Shown: positions 1-13,552, counted from the stretch's first letter. The stretch: DNA of 64,000 bases from Marsupella aquatica (GCA_973895155.1 OZ316893.1:17552770-17616769), one strand, 5' to 3'. Notes: generated by a model not told the origin, from the letters alone. Numbers and translations are program-made.

Positions 1-2636
1 TTAGGATAGGCGACTAAGTCGGGACCGGAAAATGACCCGACACCTGACATCTTATTTTTGGCTGATATTTCTCCCATGGGTGCTGGGAGGTCCCTAGGGA
101 TCCCTGAAAAAGTATGAAGTCAAGTGGGGTCTCAACCTAGGAGTTGAGTATTTTGACAGAAATTAAAATAACCAACTAGCGGGCCCTGGAGAAAATAGCC
201 AAGGGGTAAATTTTGTGGGTTCGAGGTTATAATTGAGTTTATTATAGACCATAATATCCCTGGATTGTCTCAGAAATAATTTGTCACCTTTTGTTACTTT
301 TTGGGAACACCTCAAAGATTGGGAATAGTAATGCACTTTAATAGATATGGTCAAACTTATGTATTTTTAGAAAAGTCGTTATGGAGTGTTTAGAGAGTTT
401 GATAAATTTAGGAGTGAGTCCTATGTCCAAGTATTCCAGAAATGTGCTCAGAAGTACGTTTGGACATTTGAGTGAATTATGGCATAGCCTTCAAGAGGGG
501 CCAGTATAACTGTTTCTCCTGAGAGGAAAACGAAATTTTTCTAAGTGTCAAAACGCGTCGACGTGGCTGCGACCAGACTAGCACGAGGTCAGGCAAGCAC
601 GACATGGGTAGGAATGCACGAGGTGGGCTAATTGAAGGGTTGGTGCTCATCAAAATAGGCCACTCTTGATCTGAATAGGCAGATGTGGGATTGAATTGAG
701 CTAGCTGTTGCTGAGAAGGACTTGACCCAGTTGCTACTGTGAAATTGAATTGTGAGCTATGGTTGCTGATTGGAATAGGGAGGCTGGCTTTGAATTGGGA
801 AGGTTGCTTGCTGCTATGGCAGCGGCACAATAGATTAGAGGTGCTGCTATTAATCAGGCATGAGATGCTCACGAGAATTGGCTGGCTGCTGCCTTGATGC
901 TGCTGAATTGATGGATGTTGCTGCTAGCTGCGAAATTGCAGAGGTGGGCAGCTACAAAATTGAGAAGAGAGACCTGTTTGGCTAAGTGATTGGAATGGAG
1001 CTAGTTGTTGAGAAGGAATCAAGCTATGGCTGCTGCTGCTGTGCTTTGAATCAGCTGCTATGCTTCGAATCTGCTGCTGTGTTGTTGTGCTGCAAGCTGC
1101 GAATTGGTGGGCTATGGCTGCTGCAAAATTCTGCTGCGATTTTGAATCACTTGCAAGGCTGGATGGCTATGGAGGTGGACTGAGAAGGGTGCTGTAGACC
1201 TGGCTGAGCTATCAATTGACCTGCTGTCATTCGATCCAATAGAGAATGTTGCCGTTTCAGATTGAATTCAAGAGAGAGGAAAATGCTGCAAAAATTGGTG
1301 TCCTTATCAATCTTCTTCATAAGAAACGTGAGTATAATGAGAGTACTCTCCCCTCATGACACGTGGAATCCCCATAAGGGGCGTGTAAGGTTCAAGTGTA
1401 ATCTGGTCGCCGCTTACACCCACTTTACACCAAAAACAGGCCTTGGGAGAATGGGCATAACTTTGGCTAGGGGTATCCGTTGGGGCCCAAATGTTTTTGT
1501 GCTGAGTTAGGGGAAGGTAAGGCACTCCTTGGTGAAAGTGGAAACCCAGAAAAATAATCACTCAAATATATTTTTAGCGGAGGCCACGAGGGGGTCCCCA
1601 TAGCTTGCAAACAGGAGTTGGCATGGGGGAAGTAAGACCAGGTTTTTAGGCCGACACTTCTTGCACCCGTGTCACCCAAGTTAGGATACATGGAGAAGAG
1701 AGTGCCTCAGGGTAAAGGTGCAAGGCCGTTAGGGTAAGGAAAGTAAGTTGATAGGTCGGGGTAGTAAGTAAGAACTAGTAAATAAGGAGCCAACTTTGAC
1801 ATGACACAACTTGAGACTCACTCACTCTTTTTGCAAGCTTTCAAGTGGGTTGGGAAGCTGGTGAGGAGGACCATAAGTGAGAGCAGGTTTGGAGGTCAAA
1901 GCATGCAACTCATGTGTGGCATATTCCAGGGCTTGGAAGGAGTCAAGCAATAGGTTGTAGAGTGAGCTACAAACTATAGAGTTGGACTTTGTGTATTAGG
2001 AGGACTTGGGGGAGGAGTAGTTGGACCCCAGGTCAAGCTTGGTGTGGTGTGGAAGGAGAATAGTATATAAGGAGAAAGTTTTTCTTTGTTAGGGACCGGG
2101 AGTCTCATCTCTTAAGTGGAATCTCTACCTTGCCAAGGTAGGGCTAAGCTTGAGAAGGGAGAGGTGGTCCATGCTTAGTGTGGAGAATGTGTAGTGAACT
2201 TTTGTTGTAAAGGTGAAGCAATAAAAGGAGACTTGCCAATCTTCATTGTGACCATTAAGTGTGAGTGCATTTGAAGCATATGAGAGCAAGAGAAGGCATG
2301 CTATGATGTAATCTTGGTCTAAGCTTGAAGGGGATGTGCTAGTACAAAACCAAGGCCAAGAGGCAAGGTTAAGGTAGAGCACTACTTTGAGACTTAGAGA
2401 GGATTATAGCTTGAGGGTGGAAAGTATTTTGCTTGGTGTGTGGTGTTAACAAGAAGTAAGAACAAGAGGAAGAGTCCTTAGATAGAGGAGCCTTCTCTAG
2501 AGCTCAAAGGGGATGTGTGGATGTGATGCCTAGACAGGAATCACTCGGCCGGTTAAGTGGGTAAAGCAGGAAGGCACCCTAGGAACACCTTAGTATAGGG
2601 ACAAAACAAGGAAAATATAAACAATTAGGGGCAACC

Positions 2637-5600
2637 ATGGAACCCGGGCCGAGGCCGGAGGTAAGGCTAAGGGTGAAAACCCGATTAGGGTTAGGGCGCG
2701 TTAAGCGTCGGCGGCTAGGAAGGATCAACGGGAAGAAGGACCGGCAGAGGAGAGGGGTAAGGAGCGCTTGCAGGAGATGGTGGCTCATTTGCGAGCACGA
2801 ACTAGGCAGACGACTACGGGAGGCCAACTACTGTCAGCTGCTTAGGCAAGCACTCGGGGAGAGAGTAGATACCGACGATCGACCTAAGGAGGGTATGAGC
2901 AACGTCAATCAAGCGGCACATTTCTGGGGATGCCTGTTCGAACGGGCAACTGAGTACATCAAGACTTACGAGGACGAGGAGTCAGAAAGGGCAGCTCGAG
3001 AACGGCAGGAGCTCGCTCGATTGTGGGAGCTGCAGAAGACGGCTTTCTTAGGAGGCGAACTCATCAAGGACGAGTTCCTGTGGACGCCTACTTCCAATCA
3101 ACTCGACGATCTTCTATTTTGCAAAGACAGCGTCGTCGGCATCCGAGAGGCCATCAAGAACTGCAACGACATACACTGGGAATTAAAGGGTAGCACGGAA
3201 AGGTGGACCCAGGCAACGGTGCTAGGAGAAACCTCCACGGCAGCAGAGATGAAGAGGAAGGGGGCCGTCAACGATGAAGCCACCCCGGCAAAAAGAACGA
3301 GGTCGGCGGCACCAAAGAGGCCAGCCGAGCAGCAGAGCAGGAGGCAGGGAGAAGCCGAAGAGGAGGAGGTCGATCCCATCAAGGCCATTCCAACCAGGGA
3401 TGACACCTGGAAGGGCTGGGCGGCAACCCTACCGGTGGAGGTGCAACTACATTTTGCACGGGAGGAGGATGCATGCTTTACGGCCATGCAGACCAAGAAG
3501 TACCAAGGCTTCATGGCCGGATCCGACTTGGAGGCCTTTGTAAGATTACCATGGCTGAAGCCGGAGGTACCGGAGTCAGACCTATTAGAATTCGTGGGGT
3601 CATGGGAACCCGAGACCAATTGCACGAGGATATATGGGAAGGATTTCTATCTTACTCCCAAGGTAATTGCCGAAGTGTTTGGCCTGCCGATAGGCAATAA
3701 GACCAAAGTTGATACCAGGAAGACCTTGCCTGACAAGGAGTTCCGGTCGTTCCCCGGGCCATCAACGAAGAATGGCTTCTTCCGGAACACCTGCACCAAC
3801 CCGCACATAGGAGAGATGATCGACTTCTTGCGGGTGACCATGCATTGTAACTTGCCGAGGGCAGAGATCGGCAAGGCACAGGTCTATCTGGCAGAAAGGC
3901 CAGACCCAAGCCGGGACTACAACGGGTACCTCCTCAACCAATTGAAGAAGATCTTAAAGGAGGAGCAGCAGGTAATCGGCATGGGGAGCGTGTCGCGGCT
4001 TGGCTATCACATGCCGCTGTTGTGCCGGTATGCCAGAGGTCAGACTTTTGCCCCGGTACTTCCCCTGCAGGTAAGGGCACCCGAGGAAGCTCCAACGCCG
4101 AGGCCGTTGGCTGAGAAGCCTCAACCACCTGTTAGTCCTACGATCGAGCAGGTGTTTAGGCCCAGGAAGGAAGACTTGCCGATGCAGCAACCAGGCATGC
4201 AGAGTCTGCTAAAACTACTGGAGAAAGAAAAGAAATCGGCATCGGCAACAACAACGGCAACGGCAACAATGCAGGACACTACTACAGAGGTAGGCCTACA
4301 CCGGCTCACAAGAGAAAACCCCTTTGCTGGAGACAAGGAGAGAATCAGGCCGGAATCCAAGCCAGGTGTTCGAATGTACGTGGGAACCTCAAGCTCCGAA
4401 TCTGAGGCAGAATTGCCTGAAGCTCCTACCGACGAAGAGGAGAGGGAGAAGCCGGACGTCCAAGAGGTAGAGGAGGCAGTGGAGGACTGCAGCCATGATA
4501 ATTCCGGCTATGGGTCGGACCATCACGTTCCAGGAGTAAGGACCTGTGGCCGGTTTGTCCCCACACTTCCAAGGGTAGTGCGAGGGGACCCCAACCAGCA
4601 GAGTAGCCCTGAGTCTCCCCCACCAGATGTTGCTCCCCCGAGCTTCGACGGCATAAAACAGACGGTGCAGGAATTTTAGGAGCGAATCAAGCAGGAGGAA
4701 GAGGCCGCCCTGGCTAAGGAAAAGGATTTACCAGGAGGAGATTGGCCGGAGGACATCAGGCGGCTAGCCGAAAAAGGAAGCAAACCTCTAGCCACGATTG
4801 AAGAGATCCGCAGGACGGCTTGGGAGCAGAGGCCACGATGGGCGATGCCGATCACTTCTACTTACTCCACCTACGCTAAGAATAGAGCCATGGAGTATGG
4901 TGAGATGTGTGGGGAACTTGCGCTCGGCATCTTTGGAGAGGAGTTGGAGGTAGGACCCTTTTTCCATAGGGAGCAGTTGGAGAAGCACCAATTAGAAGAA
5001 GCGGTGGCTTTAGAGAGAAGCAAGAAGGACGAGGTCATTCGGCGGCTTAGGAGGATGGAAGCCGAGATTGAAGATCTAAGGGCGGCCAAGAAAGCCCAAG
5101 ATGAACTGCGGATTAAACGACATGAGCTGAACATCATGCAGGGGCAGTTGGACACCGCGCAGGCTGATAATCAGAATATCAAGGATAAACTGACTCAGAC
5201 GCAGGAAGAGTTGGCCGACATGATCAAAGAGAGGGAGAAGTGGAAGCAAGAGCTGAAGAATACAGAGGAGGCCCACATAACAGCCAACAGCCGGGCCATG
5301 GCGGAGACCCAAAGAAAGGAATGGGCGTTGAAAGGGGAGCTCGAGAAAATCCGCGGAGCCCTTGAGCAGCAGGAGGTCGAGTTAGGGAAATCCTATCAAG
5401 GGATTATGGCGCTGCAGCAGGAGCTTGCGTCCCTGACGGCCAGCTTCAAGGCCGACCTAAGGGAGAAGGACGAGATGCTCGAACAGACTTACGCCAAGAT
5501 GAACCAGATGGAGTCTGTCATCATTGCAGAGCTCGACAAGGAGCTAAGAGCAACCCAGGAGGAGAGGGCTACCTTGAAGAAGGAATTGGAGGAAGCCCAC

Positions 5601-6278
5601 AGGGAGCAGGAGGAGGCCAAAAACGAGCTGGAGGGGGCACGTAAGGACCTGGATGAAACCCAAGAGGAGTTGGAGGAAATCACGAGGAAGATGGAGAACC
5701 TACAGCGGCGGGCCGACAACCAAACAGAGCGGCTGAAGAAACAAGCCGCAGTATTTAAATGCTTAGCTGCAGCAGGTCCATCTCCCGTTGGGACAAACCA
5801 GTTACCAGGGGTGGTAATTGCCGAAGGACAAGCCGCGTCAACTGCACCAGTGCCGGAAGTAAGTGGGAAGGGGAAGGGACCAGCTGCCGAGCCACCAACG
5901 AAGAAGAAGCGGAAACCTCCAGGGTCAAGGAGTAATACGACTTCACAGGCCGTGGTGATCAAGGAGGTAGACCCAGCACCGACCCCAGACAGGGTCACGG
6001 CTAAGGATCCAACTACCCTAGGGGAAGGGGAGGCCGAAGCCGTGGGAGTGGCCGAAGCCGAGGGAGTGGCTGAAGCCGAAGCCGTGGGAGTGGCTGAGGC
6101 CGAAGCCGTGGGTATTGCCGAGGCCGGTGTCGAGGCTGAAGCCGAAGGTGGACCCAGTCAGGCCGATGGAGAGTTGACTCGGTCAAGGGCAGGTAATCTG
6201 TCAGTAGGCGGGCCAACGGCAGTGGCTGAGGAGGAAGTGTTGGGGGCGTCCATTGAGGATCCACCACCGGTGTCGTGA
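2637..6278 (+). pseudogene. Family A protein (PMD/Athila-ORF-like domain, long coiled coil, EAEAVG repeats) broken by one premature stop
   Basis: ORFs 2637-4679 and 4845-6278 are one frame; TAG at 4677-4679 is CAG in the intact 1191-aa copy at 17668-21243. The true start may be Met at 2895. Confidence 0.85.
6030..6147 (+). repeat. Coding minisatellite (GAGGCCGAAGCCGTGGGAGTGGCC-like units, EAEAVGVA)
   Basis: Copy 1 has 66 bp (22 aa) more of this repeat than copy 2. Confidence 0.85.
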
Positions 6279-7574
6279 CGGTGCAAGGGCGCCGTTCCTT
6301 TTAGGGAGGGCGGAAGTGGAGGGAGGAGGCGTGAGTGGGCAGGGCGGGCGCGGATCTCCACGTTTAGGATTAGGATCAGAACCAGGAGCGGCCCTGACAC
6401 TTAGCTTAGTGGGATTGCGGTCCCACTGGTAGGAGCAACACTTGTGCTCCTGCCTTGCTGTACATAGGTAGATTCGGGCAAGTAGATTACTGTCAGGTAG
6501 ATTAGGCTTACGATGCAAAGAATGGCGGATCCACTACCAGGATAAGTACCTGGGCAGCGGGGAGCTCAGGGCCTCTTCTTTAGCAAGTTTTTAGTTTGCA
6601 CCAGCCGGGCTGGGATCAAGTAGTACGAGAAGCTCTCGGTTAGTCATACAGTGACCCTTGTGTATATTCATGTTTCCTCATGCCTAAGAGCTGAATAGAG
6701 TTGGCCTCACGGCTTAGTTCGCAGAACTTGTGTATGAGATGTACTGTTTGTATGGCAAGTGCATGGTATGACTCAGTCAGAATGAGTCATTTTGCTATTT
6801 GTGTGTCGCATTAACTTGTGTGAAGAGTGCCCACATCAACAGAAGGAAGGAAAGTAAGTAGGGGAGTGAGAGTTGGATGTGTCGAGCTGAGAGAGGTCTT
6901 AGCGGCTTAACCAAGCCTATTGGGGATCATTCCGGCGGCGGAATCCAAACATACCTAACAAGACGGAGGGGAAGACAGGGGAAGACAGGGGAAGGCCTAT
7001 ATTAGGCCGGCTACGTATCTCATGACCCGATGAAGGATCTGTCCAGTATATGTGTGTAAAATGTTAATAGTAGTAGTAGAAGGTTAGCAGCGTCCCATGC
7101 CGCTAAGCCGCGGAAACGGCCTCGCCAAGCACGAAACCTGCGGGAATCGGCTTGAGCTGGGGGGTTTCTTGGGTTTAGGGAGCCATGGGACGCACCACAG
7201 TGGACCCAAACCAAGGCCAGGGGGAAAGGTTGAGGGGTAACACTACTTTGAGGGTCTTGAGGAGACTTAAGCTTGAAGAGGAAAGTACTTTGGTTCTTGG
7301 GTGTTTGTGTGAGAATCTACTCTAAGGTGACAGCTTGGAGCGGAGATCCCCCTTGCTGATCCTTGGGGTAGAGGAGAGGGGAAGGGTGTGAGTACAAAAG
7401 TAGTCAAGGGGACTACCTCTCTAGAAGTGGAGAGTTGAAACTACTTATGTATGGAGTGATTAGACATTGTAGGCACATTTCAGAAATTTTGTCAATCCTT
7501 TGTGACCCTGGTATGATATGGAGCAGGTATTAGGTAGTCTTTTGGGGAGAAAAGCCGCTTAAGCTCCTTGACAA

Positions 7575-8214
7575 GTGTTTGACACACGTCGTGTAACTCG
7601 TTCCACAAAGTTGCTGCCTCCTACTTCTGTTAGCGCTGTTTTGGTTCCTAAATCTCTGCGTAGAAAGATGGAGAACCTCGACACGATTGCGATCCAAGAT
7701 GTTTCGGACTGCGCACTCGCGGAGACTGAGCTCATCTCAAAACATGTCATGTGTTTTGGAAAGGATTCTCGTGGATTTGACAAGGAGCCGCCTCGAATCC
7801 CTCTATGCCGATTGGTTCACATGGAGGTGGTTCGTACTTTGCAGAAAGATAGCTTTTCCATCGAGAAGCTGAAAGACTCATTTTGCAGTATGGGTTACAA
7901 TTCCTCCATAGGAATGCGTTTCTATGTTCAGCCAACGGATGAGAATGGAATTGTTCTGACCTGTACCCAGGAAATTCGTGAGTCATGGGATCCAATTTGG
8001 CAATTGGAGAACGAGAAGTTTGAGGCTGAATGCGAGGCCGATCCAGATTTTCTCGTGCTGAAGGATAAGATGTTCTCTATCTTCGATGGAAATCACCGGC
8101 TGTACTCATGGACGCTTGTTACCGAGGAGAACCCAGACAATCCAAAATACCATCCTTGTGTGCTCTGCACAATATTTAAGGGAGACAAGGGATCTCTTAT
8201 TGAAATTGAGGCAA
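7575..8214 (+). pseudogene. ParB-like/MTase-like accessory gene copy 1, exon 1 (5'-truncated; continues at 31221 after the Sola2-like insertion)
   Basis: KMFSIFDGNHRLYSW motif; homologous to 59239-59972; EIEA|TMHTVN junction is restored when 8215-31220 is removed. Confidence 0.85.
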
Positions 8215-9413
8215 GGTGGATGGCAAGATTGAGGGGTACTAAAAGGATATCCTTTTTCTCCTCAAAAAGGACTAGACTCTTTGGCCACATACGCATGGGA
8301 TACCAAGAATGACCAAATGTTACATGGAATGGCCTAGATTTGTTTGGGTCAATCTTACGGTCAGATTTGAATTTGACAAGATATTTAATTTATTTCCCTA
8401 GTCACGAGAAAGCATGACAATGCACAAGAGCCTGTCAAACATGGAAGAGCGTGAATGCCAAGGATCCTGTCCATCTTGGGAAAGCGTGAAAGCCAAGGAT
8501 CCTGTCGAGGCTTGAGTCCTACTACTTTGCCAGATATTCAGAATTGTCGCTGACTGCCTAGAGGTTTGTGCGTTGTTTGAATTAATTTGAATACGAGGAC
8601 TCCCAAAAGGAGAGAGTCCTCAAGAAAGGACTCACAACAATTTCCCAAGATCACAAACGATGGTACAACTTAGGAGAGAAGTTTGTGCGTGCACATTCCC
8701 ACGCGAGTTGGTGATTTTGGTCACTGATGATAGAGAAACCGCGACACAACATCAATGAATGTCGATGAGTTAATCACAGGCCTCTTGAGCAAAATTTGGC
8801 ATTGTGAAATAGACGTATGCCTGGCATTCTGAAAATGGAAAGGAGAAGCAACTTAAGTTATAAGACAGAAGGGAATTGGCAATGGTAGCTTGGTACGTAG
8901 ATATATATGGGAGGCGCTCAGTTCAAATTAAGATTCCGCAGGCTGGTTGAAGGGAGGCACTCATCGTCTGAAAGTGCAACTACGGGCTTGAGATGCTCGC
9001 CGAAGGGAGGCGCTGATCATTTGATCAGTGAGAGGCTCCGGGTGCTCTTCCACGGCAGGCACTCATCATCTTAAGCTGAATCACATACAGGCGTTAGGTA
9101 TGCCACATTGTGATTTAAATGTTCCGCTAAAGATTTGGTTGGACCTATTGTATTGCAATGACCTGATTGTGCGGTGAATGCTCAGCCTACTAGCTATTGA
9201 GAAGAGCGCAAATGAGTCTACACTTCCTTGCAAGAAATTAAGTCCAAGAAGACTGTAATTCCCGCACATTGCAACGCAGGTTCCAATCTAACAACTCCCG
9301 CACATTGCGATGCAGGTTCCAATCAATCGACTCAATTCCATCAGATATCACAAAGCCCCGTACACGGGCCCGCCCAAGCATTTGATAGAGTACAAGTCTT
9401 TGAGTATTAGAAG

Positions 9414-12400
9414 TTGATCGATGAGATCATGGTGAAGGTCGTTTGTGAAGCAGAAGATGAATCGGCACAAAAGAAGAGAGAAGCGCGAAATCTTCAAAGG
9501 CGCAAGGTTTACTACGAGAAGGAGCAGAGGAAGAAATATGCTGTGCTAATTGAGCAATCCATGTTGGAAGAAGTTGAGCAGCAAGGTCTACAATTGCTTG
9601 CTGATGCAGAGGAAGAAGGTGCGCAGTTGCTTCTTCATGCAAAGCAACAATGTGCAAAGCTTGAGAATGCTGCCAAGATTGAGGCACTTCAAATCACTGC
9701 ACGGGCACATCAAGATGTCGTTACGTTACAGGCTCTATTGGCTACACACAAGGAAAGGCTGTCCAGATTGGATGTGAGCATAAGTCGAAAGGAAGCACAT
9801 CTCCAAACCTTGAATAGACGAGTCGGGTGTAGTACCGACGAGGTAGGGTTGGTTGTTGATGTAGACAAGGCTGCGGCATTCAAAAGGAAAGAGGCATCGA
9901 GGAAAAGAGTTGCATATTGGGACAAGCAACAGTATAGCACAAGGATGAAAAGAAAAACCACAAATAACAGTGAGGTGCATCCAACTCCCAATAGGAAGCG
10001 AAGGTGTATTGATGCTTTAGTCCATGAGATAATTAGAGATCTATTGAATCGAATGGAGAAGTTCAATGTAGATGCAAAAAAATTAGTCTTGCAGAGATTT
10101 TGGATGCACAATTCTTTGAGGGATTATCAACCCGCAGCACTTGGTTGCCCAAGGTTGGACAACTCCTTAGGTGCTGTAGTGGCGGATCTCATAAAATCGT
10201 TGCAAGTAGTAAAAACAGCTAGGCGGAAAGATCATCTAGCTACAAAGCAAGCATTGTTGACAGCATTGGTTGGAAAATTCACAATAGGGAATAGGTACCA
10301 GACCTCATTGGCATCAAACGGCAGAACCTTCATAAAGCATCACTAGTGAGGAGACAACTAGATGAGGATGCATCAGTCAAATATCCAATGGGGGAAAGAC
10401 AAGTGCGCAGTGACAAGATTTCTGATGAAGTCAGACACATTGTGGAAAAGTTTTGGGAGACCCACACTCGCATTTCTCCTTGTAAGAATGATGAAGCCAG
10501 ATTCCGAGTGGGTGTGAACAAGTATGAAACACATCAAAAGCATTGGCTTGAGGATACAGAGGTAAATTATTTTGTTTACTTCTCTCACAGTTTGCATTTT
10601 GTGAGTCTAGGTTTTGGTTGAATCTGATTATCTAGAGAACAGGGAATGACTATATTTAGACCTCAATGAATCTACTTGTGTGGCAATGAATTTCATTTCC
10701 TGAAGCTGTGAATTTTGTCTTCAATTCTGCCATAAGTCTAACCTGTGCATTACTCCCATCTTGCAGGTTGAGTTCTTTATGAAATTCTGTGATTGGTGGA
10801 CCTTGGAGCGAAATGCAATTTCTTTAATAGGACTCAGGTCGTTCTCTAACCTGAAGCCCTACTACATCCGCACTATGAAGGATCAAAATGTTTGTTGCTG
10901 CAAACAACATGTGGAGATGGATCTCTTGAAAGAGGCACTCAACAAGTTCAGGAAACACCACCACCCTAAGGATTGTACTTGTGATTGCTCCGTATGTAGT
11001 TCAGAAGGTGTTCTTTCCTGTGTAGCTTATAAGAGTCACATTACATCTGTGTGAGAATGGATTGAGGGAGCAGTTTGTCCAAAAGGCGAGGGGCAGGAAT
11101 GGCACAAGAAAGAATGTATATTTGGGCGTTGTAACTCATGTGGAGTTGATAAGTTGGTGTGGTGTGAAAAGGAGCTGGACATCACAGAGAGGCTCTATGT
11201 TGATTGGTCCACGTTTCAGTATGTGGACCTAGATGAGAAGGCTCAGACCAAGAGGGAGAAGAAGAAAGGAACCGCTGAAAGTGCGCTGCAAAAAGTGAGG
11301 CGATTGAGGATGGTGCACAAGAAAACTTCTCTTCCAGATTTCAAGCTGCAGGTATTAAGTACAATGAAGACTTTTCTTATTCATAATTTCAGAGCCCGTT
11401 GGCAAGGTGTTCAGTCCAAATTGTGCTTGAAGACATTTCCAAGGGGAACTATAGTCTCCTCTATAGATTTTTCTGAGAATTATACATTCAAGATTCAGAA
11501 TGAGATCCAAACTCAGCATTGGGATAACAAGCAGATAACCTTGCTGATACATGTCACCTATCGCCATCGGGAAGATGTCACATCTCTTGAGGCTGCTGTG
11601 GGTAGGTCTGTCCAAATGGCACAAGATGACAGTGGGACTCGAGATATTATAGCTGATTATCACTTCTATATTAGTGATGACAATACCCATGACACTCTGT
11701 TTGTGCAACACTGCATGGATTCACATGCACAATGGATGAAGGATGAAGGAATTGCATTCAATCAACATTGGGTTTAGTCAGATGGAGCGGCTTCACAGTT
11801 TAAGGCTTGCAGGCCATTCTACTATGTCTCAAGATACTACAAGCGTCATGGTGCTAGAATGAAGTGGTTCTTCCATGCTTCAAGACATGGGAAAGGTGTT
11901 GCTGTGAGTTTCTAAACTTTGCTCTAGCTCCTCTGCATGTCTTTGTAGAACAATTTTTCATTTTTCATTGTACAGGTTGTACATACATTCACCTCTGATG
12001 CTGAATTGGTGTACTGATTTTAGGATGCTCTCGGTGGTCACATCAAAAGTGGAATTGAGAAGGAGCAGTTGAAAGGAATTCATGGCGCTCGGTTAGAGGA
12101 TGCACATGACGTAGTTGCATTCTGCAAAGACAAATTTGCGCTTGGCCAAGAGAAAGAGTATGGTGATGTTCAAATGGTGAGGCGTATGTTTTGGGAAATT
12201 GGTGCACAAGATGTGAATCGCAGAAAGAAATGGGATTGTAATCCGATCAAGGGAAGTAGAACTTTACATTGCTTTGATGGTTTTAGTAACATTCTTTCAA
12301 CTCTTTTACAAGTGAGGGAGCTTTGTTGTTTCTGTGCTCATTGTGTAGATGACGAATCGGCCAAATGTGAGAATATAGAGTGGGTAGGACATTTTAAACT

Positions 12401-12905
12401 TGAGATGGTGAAAGGAGTATTGCCAAGTGATGTTCAACTTGACATAGAGAGCTTTGGAGTGGGGCAAGGGGGCTCTGAATGGGAGGAAGGCTCGTTGGCA
12501 GAGTTGGTCACACTGGGTGATTTCTATGCTGTGGAAGCTGACCAACCAAATAAGTGGAATGTTGATTTTTACATCCTTCAATGTGAGGCAGTGCTGCAAA
12601 AAGTTCAGAAGAAATTCAGGGATGATTATGAGGTGGAGTTTGACGCAGGTGACTTAGCATTGAAGGGACATTGGTATCAACCAAACCCAAGGAGCGAAAC
12701 AAAATTTGTGTACAATGCTGCTGCACCTTCAAGCTATACTCATGCAAGGTCTGTTGTTCACATCAGATTTGCTTTGACTCCTTGTGAGGTGAGTACGGGT
12801 ACAAAAGGTGGTAGCAGATGGTACAACTTAGACGGAGATACACTTGCAGCGATTACAGCTTCCTTAACTTCACAAGTTACAGTTGGTTCAAGGGAGTTTG
12901 TTTAG
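9414..12905 (+). pseudogene. Sola2-like DDD transposase, 3 exons (introns 10562-10766 and 11904-12023), with a frameshift and stops
   Basis: IDFSENY..QNEIQTQHW, (W*)SDGAASQFK, spliced HGKGVA|DALGGHIK, Cys-rich motifs (CCCKQH, CFCAHC); stops at 11052-11054 and 11775-11777; frameshift near 10320-10346. Confidence 0.82.
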
Positions 12906-13129
12906 GAATTAGAACGTTGGAGCCCTGGCCTGACCTGTCTAGGTGTTTCATTGTGAACATTGTGACCAGAGCTTCCCCATGAGTTTCTGTCATGATTGCG
13001 AGCAAGGTATTGAGTTCTAAAGAAGGCCAGGACTTTCTACTGTTTTATCACTTATTTGACCCTTTCAACTAGTCAGACTGTAACTATTTTATTGTAAGAG
13101 TGCTATTATCATGAGTCTCGTGATTTGTG

Positions 13130-13552
13130 TTAAGTCCTTGGGTCTAAGGACCTTGATTAATGTGGCCCATTTACTCTTTTGCTTGACAAAGGAGTTGAGT
13201 CCTTGTTTGTCCTAAATTCTTGCTGATTGAAGGACTGTAGTACTTCAAAGCATTTGAGTCCTTGGGTTCGAAGGACTAGAGTCCTTGGATTTGAAGGACT
13301 AGAGTCCTTGGGTTTGAAGGACTAAAGGGTTGAAAGGACTTTAGTCCTTACGGTTGAAGGGCTCCAGTCCTTATGAAGGACTCATGTCCTTCGGAGTGAA
13401 GGACTTGAGTCCTTTAGACCCTAGGACTCTTGTGCTTTTGAAGGACTCGGGTCCTTTACAAGGGACTAAAGGACCCGATTCCTTTGGAAGGACTCATGTC
13501 CTTTCAAAGGACTTAGGTTCTTTGGAATGAAGGACTTGACAAGTCCTTAGGA
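13130..13552. repeat. Dense AAGGACT / AGTCCTT motif array in both orientations
   Basis: Many GAAGGACT and GAGTCCTT words, including ~21-bp tandem units gaaggactagagtccttgg(a/g)ttt. Confidence 0.85.

Larger units (their letters stand above)
2522..7199 (+). mobile_element. Family A TG...CA single-ORF element, copy 1 (4678 bp; giant coding solo LTR or LTR-pair-less unit)
   Basis: Starts TGTGATGC, ends GCACCACA (8-bp imperfect inverted ends); 5-bp TSD GTGGA at 2517-2521 and 7200-7204; near-identical inverted copy at 16758-21358. Confidence 0.93.
1..7584. mobile_element. Probable long LTR or non-coding part of an LTR retroelement, interrupted by the element at 2522-7199; left end outside the window, right end about 7573-7584
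   Basis: Non-coding, CTG-rich and purine-rich sequence ending in ...CCTTGACA(7573)AGTGTTTGACA(7584), where the ParB-like gene copy 1 abruptly begins without its 5' part. No partner LTR or TSD is visible. Confidence 0.4.

Noticed and set aside
477-1183. ORFs in the CTG-rich stretch
   Set aside because: Low-complexity sequence with no recognisable protein motifs.
3098-5998. Many antisense or overlapping ORFs of 60-185 aa within Family A/B genes
   Set aside because: Shadow frames of GC-rich coding sequence; they recur only because the copies are nearly identical.
6900-6960. Hammerhead or HDV ribozyme in the conserved hairpin
   Set aside because: No CTGANGA/GAAA core or recognisable nested pseudoknot by eye; kept only as an unassigned structured motif.
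2522-7199. Family A/B as Ginger, Polinton, TRIM or LARD elements
   Set aside because: No integrase or polymerase gene, inverted ends only 8-9 bp, and no terminal direct repeats.
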